DNA of 64,000 nt from positions 543,834 through 607,833 of the forward strand of contig JAQULK010000001.1 of the NCBI GenBank assembly GCA_028718635.1, read 5' to 3'. The position numbers were made by a program, and so were the translations under genes. Position 1 is the first letter of the stretch. Every line of letters begins with the position of its first letter. The notes beneath the pieces were generated by a model. It ran no database searches. It was not told the origin of the DNA and was given only the letters and a program-made list of their open reading frames with translations. This document shows positions 29,714 through 39,421 of the stretch, piece after piece. The stretch comes from Minisyncoccota bacterium. GTDB taxonomy: Bacteria > Patescibacteriota > Minisyncoccia > Phycocordibacterales > UBA9973.

Positions 29714-31151
29714 CATATCCTTCGATAAATTTGTATAAAAGTCTCACGGGCGTACCGAGAGCCCCAGCAGCCAAACTCTCTCCCGCAGTTGATGTCATTC
29801 TCGGAGCTATATCCAAATGCGCCCACTTCGGAGTTTTTTCCTCTTCTTTTGTATTTTTTACAAATTGATACAAAAAAATTGCTCCATAAATCGCTCCGCC
29901 GTAACGAGAATCCTTATTGTGAACATTTGTAAGATCCCCTATAGATCCTTTTATCTCATTTTCATATTCCTCCCACATTGGCAAACGCCAAATATAATCT
30001 CCAGTTTTTTCTGCTATTTCCTCAAGGTTTTTCACCAATGCATCATTATTAGAAAAAATAGCTGAAGCCCTCTCTCCGAGCGCCACCGCCGCAGCTCCAG
30101 TCAAAGTGGCAACATCTATTATTACCTCTCCATTATATTTTCCTGCATAAGAAAGTGCATCTGCTAAAATTACCCTACCTTCTGCATCAGTATTTAATAT
30201 TTCAATCGTTTGCCCTGACATAGAGCGAACCACGTCTCCAGGTCGATAACTTTTTCCTGATGTCATATTTTCCACAGAAGGAGTAAGCCCGACTACATTC
30301 TTTTTTAATTTCATTTTTGCAGCAAGAGCTATCGTATGTATCACTGCCGCACCGCCTGACATATCCATATTCATTCCGAGAAGCGAAGAAGAAGGTTTTA
30401 GATTTATTCCCCCAGCATCAAAAGTTACCCCTTTACCGACAAGCACAATGGGTTTCTCTTCTTTTTTGCCACCCTTATATTCCATAATAATAAATTTTGA
30501 TTCTTCGTCTGATCCTCGTCCGACAGAAAGAATCGCTCTCATGTTTTGTTTCTCCATTTCTTTCTCTCCTAGGACTGTCACTTTTACTGGCAGATTCTTC
30601 ACCGCTTCTTTTGCCTTTTGAGCCAGAATTTGCGGAGTCATGTCTCCTCCTGGAGTATTTGATAACGTTCTAGTTTTATTTACCTCTTCGGCAATAATAT
30701 TTCCTTTTAAAATTGCTTTTTGAGTTTCTTTGTTTGTTCCAAAAATAATAATCTCTTTAATAGTATTAAATCCTTCCTTGGGCGGTTTTTTATATTCATT
30801 AAATTCATAATTGGCGAAATCAAGCTGAGTACCGATTATTTCTCCCAACTCTAAATCTGAAATCTGTGCGAGGTCTTGCCTCGCACAAGTTTTGAAATCA
30901 TTAAAATTAAAAGCTATTTTTTCTACTTTTGTACTTTTCGCCAAAGCAACCATCTTGCGCACAAGCAAAAAGAGCTTCCGCAAATTCATTTTTTCCTTTT
31001 CTTCGCATTTTAAATAGAGGGTTTTTACACCATTTCCTGCCTTGCCGGCAGGCATGTCCCTAACAATTTCGTCCTTATTTTTTGGGTCAATAGAAACAAA
31101 GAGCACCTCACCTTTTATGTCTTTTGCATTGTCCTTAAAAGTTATTTTCAT
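29703..31151 (-). CDS. pepA: Leucyl aminopeptidase (M17)
   Basis: M17 signature NTDAEGRVILADALSYAG, 482 aa. Contains an in-frame GC palindrome at 31036-31056. Confidence 0.85.
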   Translation of the reverse strand: MKITFKDNAKDIKGEVLFVSIDPKNKDEIVRDMPAGKAGNGVKTLYLKCEEKEKMNLRKLFLLVRKMVALAKSTKVEKIAFNFNDFKTCARQDLAQISDLELGEIIGTQLDFANYEFNEYKKPPKEGFNTIKEIIIFGTNKETQKAILKGNIIAEEVNKTRTLSNTPGGDMTPQILAQKAKEAVKNLPVKVTVLGEKEMEKQNMRAILSVGRGSDEESKFIIMEYKGGKKEEKPIVLVGKGVTFDAGGINLKPSSSLLGMNMDMSGGAAVIHTIALAAKMKLKKNVVGLTPSVENMTSGKSYRPGDVVRSMSGQTIEILNTDAEGRVILADALSYAGKYNGEVIIDVATLTGAAAVALGERASAIFSNNDALVKNLEEIAEKTGDYIWRLPMWEEYENEIKGSIGDLTNVHNKDSRYGGAIYGAIFLYQFVKNTKEEEKTPKWAHLDIAPRMTSTAGESLAAGALGTPVRLLYKFIEGYGSR

Positions 31152-31283
31152 AATTAGATTATATACCTTTTTACAAAAATTTCAAAAAACCATATAAAAT
31201 CTAACATTTTAATAAAAAAGTTTTCCACACCCATTTAGTTTACTTTACTTGACTAAAGTAATTTACTTTGATAAAGTAGCGGT

Positions 31284-31688
31284 ATGAGTAAAGGAATGAA
31301 TAAAAATACATCAATAAATACGGTTAAGCTGATTCAAGGAATTGGCCCCAAGATGAATTGGGACGATAAGAAAAACAAACAATTCATTGAGGCAATCTTG
31401 AGTTTAAAAAATACCGATGAAGCCGAACGTTTTTTACGTGACTTAATGACTGAAAGTGAAATAAAAGAATTTGCGAATCGCCTCGAGGCTGCTTCCCTTC
31501 TATCTAAAGACGTACAATACAATGCGATTATTGAAAGCACGGGTCTTTCTTCTACAACGATCGCCAGAATAGCAAAATGGCTCAAAGGTTCGCTTGGTGG
31601 ATATCGCTTAATTTTATCCCGCTTATCTAATGTTTCTTTGCACCATCACAACTCTTCCAAACTTAGGAAAGGGTTGTTTTTGAGTTGA
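31284..31688 (+). CDS. YerC/YecD-like TrpR-family DNA-binding protein
   Basis: EAILSLKNTDEAERFLRDLMTESEIKEFANRLEAASLL...GLSSTTIARIAKWL matches the YerC/YecD TrpR-related fold. Confidence 0.5.
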   Translation: MSKGMNKNTSINTVKLIQGIGPKMNWDDKKNKQFIEAILSLKNTDEAERFLRDLMTESEIKEFANRLEAASLLSKDVQYNAIIESTGLSSTTIARIAKWLKGSLGGYRLILSRLSNVSLHHHNSSKLRKGLFLS

Positions 31689-31957
31689 TAATTATTTCAA
31701 AGTATTTTTCGAAACTAACCCCTTCCTAAGTTTAGGAAGGGGTTTTGCATTTAGCAAAACTAATTTTTGTTCTTTGAAAGGAAAAAGTATGAGAAAAAAG
31801 GAAAAAGTAAAGAAAGAAAGTAAAAAAGAAAAAGAAAGGAAGGCAGCAGAGAAAAGAAAGTCAGAGGACAAAGAACTCGACAGATTGGTTGATAGTTGGG
31901 GCAAGCGTTTCTTTGGTCTTGGAGGGGCATTAATAGATTAGATAAGGAGGTTAAAAA

Positions 31958-32167
31958 ATGATAGGAAAGAAAAAAATGTACAAGAAAGAAGAATTTCACA
32001 CTTGTTACAGCACAAGTGAAGAAATGGAAAAGGCACTTAAACCTTTTCGCGATGACGGCTGTTCTGACATACGTTTTATGTCCGAGTTAATTGAAATCGA
32101 AAAAAAACGGAAGCAACGATTTTGCAAACTATGCCTAAGACAAAAGTATAAAAACAAGTTAGATTAA
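31958..32167 (+). CDS. Small hypothetical protein (69 aa) with strong SD (TAAGGAGG) and terminator
   Basis: Canonical SD 7 nt before the ATG and a terminator hairpin 25 nt after the stop. A second small Lys-rich ORF (31789-31941, 50 aa) precedes it. Confidence 0.35.
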   Translation: MIGKKKMYKKEEFHTCYSTSEEMEKALKPFRDDGCSDIRFMSELIEIEKKRKQRFCKLCLRQKYKNKLD

Positions 32168-32193
32168 TATCGCGTCTAATCAACGCAAGAAAT

Positions 32194-32232
32194 GGGGCGA
32201 ATCGTGAAACGATTCGCCCCATAATTATTTTT
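32194..32232 (+). terminator. Rho-independent terminator (GGGGCGAATCG-TGAAAC-CGATTCGCCCC + AT-rich/T5 tail)
   Basis: 11-bp perfect stem read directly from the sequence. Confidence 0.6.
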
Positions 32233-32263
32233 ATTCAATTATTTTTTTTATTTTGCTTAAAAA

Positions 32264-32869
32264 TTATTTTAATTTCAAAGTGTGTCCCATTTTGTCGCGT
32301 TTGGTGAGAAGGTAGGATTTGTTATATTTATTTGGTTTTATCTCAATCGGAATATTTTCCACAATTGTCAAGCCATTTTTTATCAGACTTTCTGATTTTT
32401 TAGGATTGTTGGTCAATAACCTTATTTTTGAAATGCCTAAATCGCGCAGAATTTCCGCGCCCACCCTGTAATCCCGTTCATCTATTTCAAAACCAAGCTT
32501 TATGTTGGCTTCGGCAGTGTCTAAGCCATTTTCTTGAAGTTTGTAAGCTCTTAATTTATTCATCAAACCGATTCCCCGGCCTTCTTGGTTCAAGTAAACA
32601 AGCGCGCCCTTGCCTTTCTTTTCAATCATCTTGATTGCTTTTTCGAGCTGATGTCCGCAATCGCATCTAAGAGAGCCGAAAATGTCTCCGGTCATGCAAG
32701 AAGAATGAATCCTCACTAAAACAGTTTCATCTTTCTTCCATTTTCCTTTTACTAAGGCTAAATGTTCTCCTCTTCCCCTGGCTAAACTATAAGCGTATAA
32801 ACTAAAATTCCCATATTTGGTGGGCAATTTTACTTCTATTTCTCTTTTTACAAAATTTTTATTTTTCAT
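32264..32869 (-). CDS. ribA: GTP cyclohydrolase II
   Basis: [23 protein letters not shown] zinc-binding motif; 201 aa, cyclohydrolase II domain only. Confidence 0.85.
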   Translation of the reverse strand: MKNKNFVKREIEVKLPTKYGNFSLYAYSLARGRGEHLALVKGKWKKDETVLVRIHSSCMTGDIFGSLRCDCGHQLEKAIKMIEKKGKGALVYLNQEGRGIGLMNKLRAYKLQENGLDTAEANIKLGFEIDERDYRVGAEILRDLGISKIRLLTNNPKKSESLIKNGLTIVENIPIEIKPNKYNKSYLLTKRDKMGHTLKLK

Positions 32870-33312
32870 TTAAGTAAAGCAAGTTCGAGCGCAGCTAGGG
32901 CAGCTTCTCCTCCGACATGGATTCTTTGCCTTGCTTGCTTGATATTATTTACCGTCAGCACCCCAAAACCGACGGGAATATTGTCTTCAATCATAACTTT
33001 CAGAACCCCTTCTTGCGCCATTTTGCAGACGTAATCAAAATGCGGAGTATCACCTTTTATAACACAACCTAAAGCAACAAGGAAATCATATTTTTTCGAT
33101 TTTGCCATTTTATGCAAAGCAAAAGGAATTTCTACAGACCCAGCGACAGACATTTTCTCAATATTTTTATCAGCAATATTGCAATTCTTCAGCATCTGAA
33201 GCGCGTTTTGCAAAAGAGGCTCCGTGATCTCGGAATTCCATCTAGCAACCACGATGCCGACTTTTAGGTTTTTTCCGTTTAAATATTTATATTTTTTATT
33301 TTTTATATGCAT
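32866..33312 (-). CDS. ribH: 6,7-dimethyl-8-ribityllumazine synthase
   Basis: [18 protein letters not shown] and the lumazine synthase core. The start is set at the ATG at 33312-33310, which lies inside the left arm of a junction repeat; the track ORF extends further to a GTG. Confidence 0.8.
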   Translation of the reverse strand: MHIKNKKYKYLNGKNLKVGIVVARWNSEITEPLLQNALQMLKNCNIADKNIEKMSVAGSVEIPFALHKMAKSKKYDFLVALGCVIKGDTPHFDYVCKMAQEGVLKVMIEDNIPVGFGVLTVNNIKQARQRIHVGGEAALAALELALLK

Positions 33313-33394
33313 CCCGTACGAAATTATATTAACTTTGTAAATTGACCCATCCACAACACGAAATTTTATTAAAAAGATTTCGTACGGGATGCAT
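33309..33394. repeat. Type-A junction inverted-repeat element (arms ATGCATCCCGTACGAAAT / ATTTCGTACGGGATGCAT, 18-bp perfect)
   Basis: The right arm encodes the last 8 codons of ribE (YASRTKSF). The left arm contains the ribH ATG. Confidence 0.75.
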
Positions 33395-33950
33395 ATTTAG
33401 CCAGTATATCAAATTCCAAATTAACTTCATCTTCTTCTTTTTTAAATTTTAAATTTGTGTGTTTTAGGGTATACGGTAATATTTTTACAACAAATAAATC
33501 TTTGAGAACCTCGGCGACAGTCAGGCTTATGCCTTCTATCGCGATCGATCCCTTATAAACCAAAAATTTTTTGAATTTTTTATCAGAAACCTTTATATAA
33601 AATTCTTTAGAATTTCCTTCTTTTTTTATGCTGATAATTCTGCCTTTTCCATCAATATGCCCGAGCACTAGGTGCCCGTCGAGCCTGTCGGACAAACGCA
33701 TTGATTGCTCAAGATTCACAATGTCGCCTTTCTTCAAGAGTCCTAAATTTGTAAGTTTTAGTGTTTCTGGCATATATTCAAATGAAATATTTTTGTTATT
33801 TTTTTTAACAGTGGAACAAACGCCATTGATAGAAATACTTTCTCCTAATTTTATTTTTCCTAAATTATTTAAAATATCAACAAAAAGACCGCCTTGCGCA
33901 GATTTTACTCTTTTCACTTTTGAAGTTTTTTTTATTATGCCTGTGAACAT
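33369..33950 (-). CDS. ribE: Riboflavin synthase alpha subunit
   Basis: MFTGIIKKTSKV...GESISINGVCSTV with the duplicated lumazine-binding barrel. Confidence 0.8.
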   Translation of the reverse strand: MFTGIIKKTSKVKRVKSAQGGLFVDILNNLGKIKLGESISINGVCSTVKKNNKNISFEYMPETLKLTNLGLLKKGDIVNLEQSMRLSDRLDGHLVLGHIDGKGRIISIKKEGNSKEFYIKVSDKKFKKFLVYKGSIAIEGISLTVAEVLKDLFVVKILPYTLKHTNLKFKKEEDEVNLEFDILAKYASRTKSF

Positions 33951-34309
33951 ATATTAAGATCTTTCTCTATTTGTATAATCAATTCTTTTTCTGTTTTAAA
34001 TTTTTTAAATTTTCTGATAAATTTATTCATTTCAAGAATGACTTTCTTGTCATAAGCATTTCCATTATAGCCGAGCAAATGCGCTTCTATTTTCGGCAAA
34101 CCTTTTTTATCTAATGGACCGATCACAATTCCCGCTTGATATGTCAAACATCGGGTGTTTGACATTAAACTAACTTTTCCAGCGTACACTCCAAAAACCG
34201 GTTTTTTCTCCAGCCTCATAAAATTTTTCCTGTCTAAGTTGATGGTCGGAAAACCGATCTTCCTGCCGTACTGATCCCCTTTTATTACTTTACCAGAGAT
34301 TGTGTACAT
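33935..34309 (-). CDS. Stand-alone riboflavin kinase domain protein
   Basis: GKVIKGDQYGRKIGFPTINL...GVYAG...KIEAHLLGY resembles the C-terminal flavokinase domain of RibF. Confidence 0.55.
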   Translation of the reverse strand: MYTISGKVIKGDQYGRKIGFPTINLDRKNFMRLEKKPVFGVYAGKVSLMSNTRCLTYQAGIVIGPLDKKGLPKIEAHLLGYNGNAYDKKVILEMNKFIRKFKKFKTEKELIIQIEKDLNICSQA

Positions 34310-34313
34310 TTAA

Positions 34314-35663
34314 TTAAAATCCTTCTTCACTTAACCTTTCATCAATGCGATTCATGTCTCGCGGAAACATAGACGCCTCGCGAATATTTTTTAGTCCTAA
34401 AAGTTGCATGGTTATACGTTCTGCACCAAAAGAGAATCCTCCTTCTGGTGGAACTCCGTATTTAAAAGCTTCAAGAAACATTCTAATTTTATTTGGATCC
34501 ATTTCCCAAAGTTTTACATGCTCCTTTAACTGTTCGTAATTATTTATTCTTCGTCCACCAGAGAGCCATTCAACTCCGCGACAAATTAGGTCCATGCCCT
34601 CGTTGTATTCTGGTTCAGCTGGGTTCGGATAAACATAAAAAGGCTTCTTGCGAGTAGGATAGCCATAAATAAAAACAAAATCAGAGCCTGTTTCTTCTTT
34701 AATTATTTCAGAAATTTCTCTTTCATCTTGCGGATTGGTGTCTTTTTCACCTCGCACATCCCGACCAAATTTTTCAAAAATTTTCTGTTGGACTTCTCTC
34801 AAAGAAAGAGATGGGGTTTTGTCTAGCATAACTGGGAGCGTAACGTTTAATAATTTTAATTGTTCACTATTTCTAACTTCAACTTGTTTTAAAATATATT
34901 TAAAAGTTTCTTCCGCCATATCGCGTACATCTGTCCATGATTCTATAAAACCCATTTCAGCATCTAGACAAACAATCTCTGTCAAATGTCTTGTAGTCGA
35001 TGAAGGTTCAGCTCTAAAAACTTTATTCACAGTAAAACATCTTTCAAAAGCTGACATCACAATTTGTTTATAAAGTTGTGGAGACTGAGATAAATAAGCT
35101 TTCTTTCCAAAATAATCAAACTGAAAGACCTCTGCCCCACCCTCAGCAGCGGCAGGAGTTATAGACGGTGCTTGAAATTCAAAAAACATATTTTTTTTCA
35201 TAAATTCTCTGAAAGAATCAATGATCGTTTCTTGAATTTTAAAAATTGCTTGGACTTTTGGCTGCCTTAATACTAATGCCCTGTTGTCCAGCTCTGTTGT
35301 AAGTTCTAAATTATATCCGTCAAGTGACATATCAAAAGGAAGTGCTTCAGCTTTTGCTAATATTTCTATACCTGTGACCTCTAGTTCCACATCGCCATTT
35401 AATACTCCCGCTTTTATATTTTTTTCCGGACGCTTGTTTACCATTCCGGTAATTTTCAAAACCCATTCGGGGCGAATTGTTTTTGCCACCTCTATCGCTT
35501 CTACATGATTCGGCAAAGTGACGCACTGCACTCGCCCAGTCATATCCCGCATATCAAAAAAAACCATTTTACCTTGATCACGTCGCACATCCACCCATCC
35601 GGCGATGACAACCTCTTTGCCAATATGATCTTTTAAATCTTTAATATAAATTCGTTCTTTCAT
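34314..35663 (-). CDS. aspS: Class IIb aspartyl/asparaginyl-tRNA synthetase (archaeal/eukaryal-type, ~450 aa)
   Basis: N-terminal OB anticodon-binding domain (VVIAGWVDVRRDQGKMVFFDMRD) and class II motifs (FRAEPSSTTRHLTEI, GSDFVFIYGYP, GGFSFGAERI). Confidence 0.8.
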   Translation of the reverse strand: MKERIYIKDLKDHIGKEVVIAGWVDVRRDQGKMVFFDMRDMTGRVQCVTLPNHVEAIEVAKTIRPEWVLKITGMVNKRPEKNIKAGVLNGDVELEVTGIEILAKAEALPFDMSLDGYNLELTTELDNRALVLRQPKVQAIFKIQETIIDSFREFMKKNMFFEFQAPSITPAAAEGGAEVFQFDYFGKKAYLSQSPQLYKQIVMSAFERCFTVNKVFRAEPSSTTRHLTEIVCLDAEMGFIESWTDVRDMAEETFKYILKQVEVRNSEQLKLLNVTLPVMLDKTPSLSLREVQQKIFEKFGRDVRGEKDTNPQDEREISEIIKEETGSDFVFIYGYPTRKKPFYVYPNPAEPEYNEGMDLICRGVEWLSGGRRINNYEQLKEHVKLWEMDPNKIRMFLEAFKYGVPPEGGFSFGAERITMQLLGLKNIREASMFPRDMNRIDERLSEEGF

Positions 35664-35685
35664 AAAATTATTCTAGCATAACAAA

Positions 35686-35803
35686 TCAAAATAAAATAGA
35701 AAGTAACATTTTAAGGGGTTTTGAGCGCGTCGGCGCGAAAACTTCAGGATTTTTTCAGTAGAAAAAATCCGTACCGGCAAAATGTTACTTTCTATTTTAT
35801 TTT
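35686..35803. repeat. Type-B structured junction element, reverse orientation, flanked by perfect 25-bp TIR AAAATAAAATAGAAAGTAACATTTT
   Basis: The core matches the 12455 and 43796 copies. The right TIR overlaps the prs stop codon and last codons. Confidence 0.75.
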
Positions 35804-36816
35804 CCATTATGCCAAAGCTGTGTGACGGAATCACCATTATGTAAATTGTCTATGACCTGCGCAATTAATTTAGCGGTAGAGATTATTTCCAATTTTTTAA
35901 TTTTTGTTCGAGCTTCATCTGAAAGGCATGTATCCGTAAACCAAATACCGGAGAACGGCGCATTATTTAATTTTTCTATTGCCTCTCCCGAAAGCACAGC
36001 ATGAGTAGCTGTAAAATACACATCCTCGGCGCCATTTTCTTTTAAAGTCTTGAGAGCTTTGATAGCTGTACCGCAAGTGTCCGCCATGTCATCCGGCATG
36101 ATTATATTGAAACCCCTAGGATCGCCGATGACCTCCATGATTTCATTGTGGTTAGCTTTTTTAGGATCACGGAATTTATTTATAATTACGATGTTGCCTG
36201 GAATGCCAAGCTGTTGCGCGAGTAGCCTGCAGGAAGGCGCGGCTCCCAGATCGGGCGCTACAATTTTAAATTTCTTTAAATTGAATTTTTTAGAACGAAT
36301 ATGATTCAAGATAAGCGAGTCTGTATTCACATCTACTACAGGAATAGTGAGAGGATGAGCATTGTAGCTCGATGGATTGTGTAATTTTAAAACTACTATT
36401 CTATGCGCCCCTGCCATCTGAAGCCGCATAGGAATTTTTTGAGAAAGTACCGGCTCTCGGTGATTGGAAGATTTATCTTGCCTGGAATATGGCAAGCACG
36501 GCATAACCACTGTCACTCGAAAAGGCTCGCCTTGCTTTAGAGCGAGGATCAAAGATTCGCATTCATCTAAATCATAAGAAAGTTTTTCTTTATCGCCAAA
36601 GCGAGGCTGAGAAATAATGTAGACATCTCTGTCTCGGACTGATTCTGTGTGATGCACTAAAAATTCTCCATTGCTGAATATTTTATAATAAAAAGGATCT
36701 AGTTTAGTTTTTAATAATTTGGCTACTTTAAGAGAGAGATTTTGATGAGAACCGCTGGCATTTCCGTATAACTTTAAGGGATAAGGGTTTAGTTTGGGAT
36801 ATTTTTGGTTTTTCAT
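35797..36816 (-). CDS. prs: Ribose-phosphate pyrophosphokinase
   Basis: KIFSNGEFLVHHTESVRDRDVYIISQ and PRPP-binding loop motifs; 339 aa. Confidence 0.8.
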   Translation of the reverse strand: MKNQKYPKLNPYPLKLYGNASGSHQNLSLKVAKLLKTKLDPFYYKIFSNGEFLVHHTESVRDRDVYIISQPRFGDKEKLSYDLDECESLILALKQGEPFRVTVVMPCLPYSRQDKSSNHREPVLSQKIPMRLQMAGAHRIVVLKLHNPSSYNAHPLTIPVVDVNTDSLILNHIRSKKFNLKKFKIVAPDLGAAPSCRLLAQQLGIPGNIVIINKFRDPKKANHNEIMEVIGDPRGFNIIMPDDMADTCGTAIKALKTLKENGAEDVYFTATHAVLSGEAIEKLNNAPFSGIWFTDTCLSDEARTKIKKLEIISTAKLIAQVIDNLHNGDSVTQLWHNGK

Positions 36817-36856
36817 TTGGTTAATTAATTACAAAACATAATAAAATAACTTTCTT

Positions 36857-37921
36857 TTAATGCGCATTAACCAAATAATTCCTGGCTGAAAAAAGATATT
36901 GCTCTGTGAATATTTCTTTCATTGGGACTATAGAATTTTCTTCGTAAAAAGCCAAGATTGATTTTTTGTAAATATTTTCGTCAATGCTCCTGTATGAGAG
37001 TGGAGCGCAACCTTTTGAAAGAAGAACGGCATTGCAAAGCAAGCGCGCAGTGCGTTTATTGCCGTCTTCAAATGGTTGAATATATGAGAGACCCGCCAAA
37101 AGAGTAAGAGCGCCGCTGTAAACATCTTTCATTTTATTAACTAATTCACAAAGAGATTCCAGCGCTTCCTTAATCTGATATTTATTATCGAGAGGCTTAT
37201 ATTTTGTGCCGACAATACCGACAAGACCGTTTCTTATACCGCGAGCTATTCCTAATTTTTCAATAATTATTTCATGCACTTTTTCTATAAAAACAACATT
37301 CACTCCTTTTTTTTTGAAACCCTCTATATTTTCTAAAATGAAAGAAAAAGCTCTTTTGTGATTTAAGATCATTATCGCCTCATCCTGTGAATGACCCTTG
37401 GCTGGTATGCCTTCGCGAATCAAGCGTTCGGTATCCAATAAAGTATAGGTATTGCCTTCAATTTTTGAAGACTTCCAGGATAATTCAATTATGAAACGCT
37501 CCAATTCTTTTACATGGATTGTCGGTGTTAATTTTTTTATATTTTTTTTATATTGAGCTGTGGCAGAATCAAGGATATTTTTTTCGTCATCCGAAAATAT
37601 ATCAAGTGGAAATTCTTTGAATAAGCGAAAATTAAAAAAGCCGTTTCCTATTCTTTTGTCCGGTTCTATCGTATCATACACCGAGAGGTCTACTGGAGAA
37701 AATAAAATTCCTTTAATTGTTTTTTGGTATACAGTGGAACGTCCCTTGCCCTTTCTTTTAAGATATTCAGCTTTGCTCAGATAATCCAAATCCCGCTTTA
37801 TTGTTATTAGAGAAACTTTCTGTTTTTTATCCATTAAACCCAAAACGTCAGAAGAAGAAAACTCTTCATTTAGTTTTATATTTTTTAGAATATCCAGTTG
37901 TCTATTATTCAAATAATCCAT
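36857..37921 (-). CDS. Fic/DOC-family protein (AMPylation/fido domain)
   Basis: Canonical Fic motif QPFEDGNKRTARLL (HxFx(D/E)GNGRxxR) plus an N-terminal wHTH-like region. Confidence 0.8.
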   Translation of the reverse strand: MDYLNNRQLDILKNIKLNEEFSSSDVLGLMDKKQKVSLITIKRDLDYLSKAEYLKRKGKGRSTVYQKTIKGILFSPVDLSVYDTIEPDKRIGNGFFNFRLFKEFPLDIFSDDEKNILDSATAQYKKNIKKLTPTIHVKELERFIIELSWKSSKIEGNTYTLLDTERLIREGIPAKGHSQDEAIMILNHKRAFSFILENIEGFKKKGVNVVFIEKVHEIIIEKLGIARGIRNGLVGIVGTKYKPLDNKYQIKEALESLCELVNKMKDVYSGALTLLAGLSYIQPFEDGNKRTARLLCNAVLLSKGCAPLSYRSIDENIYKKSILAFYEENSIVPMKEIFTEQYLFSARNYLVNAH

Positions 37922-38038
37922 AATTTTTTAAAAAATTTATCGTATCATTTTGACTCCCTAATCATATCATTTTGATACGATTAGGGCAATACCCAACATT
38001 ATTTGACTTTAAAAATTATTCGTGTAATATACATATTA

Positions 38039-38116
38039 ATGAAATCAAATATGAGTTTTAACAATTATTTCTTCTTTTTTAGCTTTTGGAGCCAAGGTTC
38101 CAGAGTTCATTTCTGA
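38039..38116 (+). CDS. Candidate Phe-rich leader peptide (MKSNMSFNNYFFFFSFWSQGSRVHF) upstream of pheA
   Basis: Translated by hand; 7 Phe in 25 codons with the run FFFFSF, followed by a terminator hairpin 45 nt later. No strong SD. Confidence 0.4.
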   Translation: MKSNMSFNNYFFFFSFWSQGSRVHF

Positions 38117-38158
38117 TATTGTTAAAATCATTCTAAAACAAACATAACAATACAAGAA

Positions 38159-38197
38159 ACGAGCCCTGGAACGGGGCTCGTTTTTCTTTTTTGTTTA
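38159..38197 (+). terminator. Attenuator/terminator hairpin (CGAGCCC-TGGAAC-GGGGCTCG + TTTTTCTTTTTTGTTT)
   Basis: Stem plus T-tract lying between the Phe leader peptide and the pheA SD (AAGGAAGG). Confidence 0.55.
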
Positions 38198-38280
38198 AGA
38201 GAAAAAAGTAGCACATCGTCAGAAGAATAAAAACGGTTGCCCTTAGGTGACTGAAAAAACTAGAAAGGAAGGAAAAAGTC

Positions 38281-39156
38281 ATGGAAAGAATTACTTATCT
38301 TGGCCCCCAAGGAGCAACATTCTCAGAGCTAGCTTACATAGAGCTGGCCAGGTTGTTTGGAGCTCCTAGTCTTAATGTGGGAGAAATAGTTCTGGCTGGA
38401 AAAAACCAAGACGTTTTGCCTTTGGTTTTCAACCATGGTGGCTATGGAGCTATAGCGATGGAAACAGATGCTGAGGGTAGAGTTGACGGACCTGTCAACA
38501 CTTTCATTCAGCTTCTTAGAAATTGCGAAACTTCAGAGGATTGCCCGATAACAGTTATTGGGGCAATCAAAATGCCTATTTCTTTTGCCCTTATGGTTAG
38601 ACCAGGAGTGCAAAAGAAAGACATTAGGACTGTTGTCGCACACCCAAAAGCATTAGGTGCATGCAGAAACATGGTCAACTGTTTAGTCAGTGACCAAGAA
38701 AAGATCATCGAGTCGGACAGTAATGGCTTAGCCGCCGAAGATGTTGCAACTAAACAAAAATTTTCTCAGGCTGCAGCACTTGGCCCAAGAGTCGCCGCAG
38801 ACAGGTATGGACTTCAGATTTTAGAAGAAGCTTGTGAAGATAGTCCTGCGACTACCACTTTTTTTCTTTTAGGACCTAAATCTCGCCCACAAGTGATGCA
38901 GGAGGTAAATAGGTCTTTATTAGTATTTCGGGTTAAACACGAACCTGGGTCACTTGTAAAGACACTTCTACCTTTCTCGGACGCAGGATTAAACTTGCGT
39001 CAAATTCATTCACTTTATACTGGCAAAGGTCAATATGACTTCGCAGTCGAGATTGAATGTGGAAAGGACCAAGAAGAGGACTTAGTACGTGCTATGTATG
39101 GATCAATGAGACACATGATGTGTTATGTTCTTTTCGGCCCTTTCCCTGTTGTTTAA
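38281..39156 (+). CDS. pheA: Prephenate dehydratase (PDT + ACT domains)
   Basis: ITYLGPQGATFSELA N-terminus and an ACT-domain region LLVFRVKHEPGSLVKTLLPFSDAGLNLRQIHS. Codon usage is GC-richer than the surroundings. Confidence 0.65.
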   Translation: MERITYLGPQGATFSELAYIELARLFGAPSLNVGEIVLAGKNQDVLPLVFNHGGYGAIAMETDAEGRVDGPVNTFIQLLRNCETSEDCPITVIGAIKMPISFALMVRPGVQKKDIRTVVAHPKALGACRNMVNCLVSDQEKIIESDSNGLAAEDVATKQKFSQAAALGPRVAADRYGLQILEEACEDSPATTTFFLLGPKSRPQVMQEVNRSLLVFRVKHEPGSLVKTLLPFSDAGLNLRQIHSLYTGKGQYDFAVEIECGKDQEEDLVRAMYGSMRHMMCYVLFGPFPVV

Positions 39157-39421
39157 GTTCAATGTTTAAAAAAAAACAGCTACCTGTGGTGGCTGTAAAA
39201 ACAACACTAATTAAAGGAAGGAAGTAAAAAGAAATGAAAAAGAACCGTATTTTTCTCCAATGCCTACGTCAGTACCGACAGTACCGTTTGAGCAGGTAAG
39301 TCTGCTTATACGACATATGGAAGCCCAAAAGGGCAAAAATGAAGAAGGAATGGAAAAAATAAAGAAAGAAGCTGAAGAAGCTGGCTTCAAAATAGAATAA
39401 AGGTATCGTTTTTATCAACTT

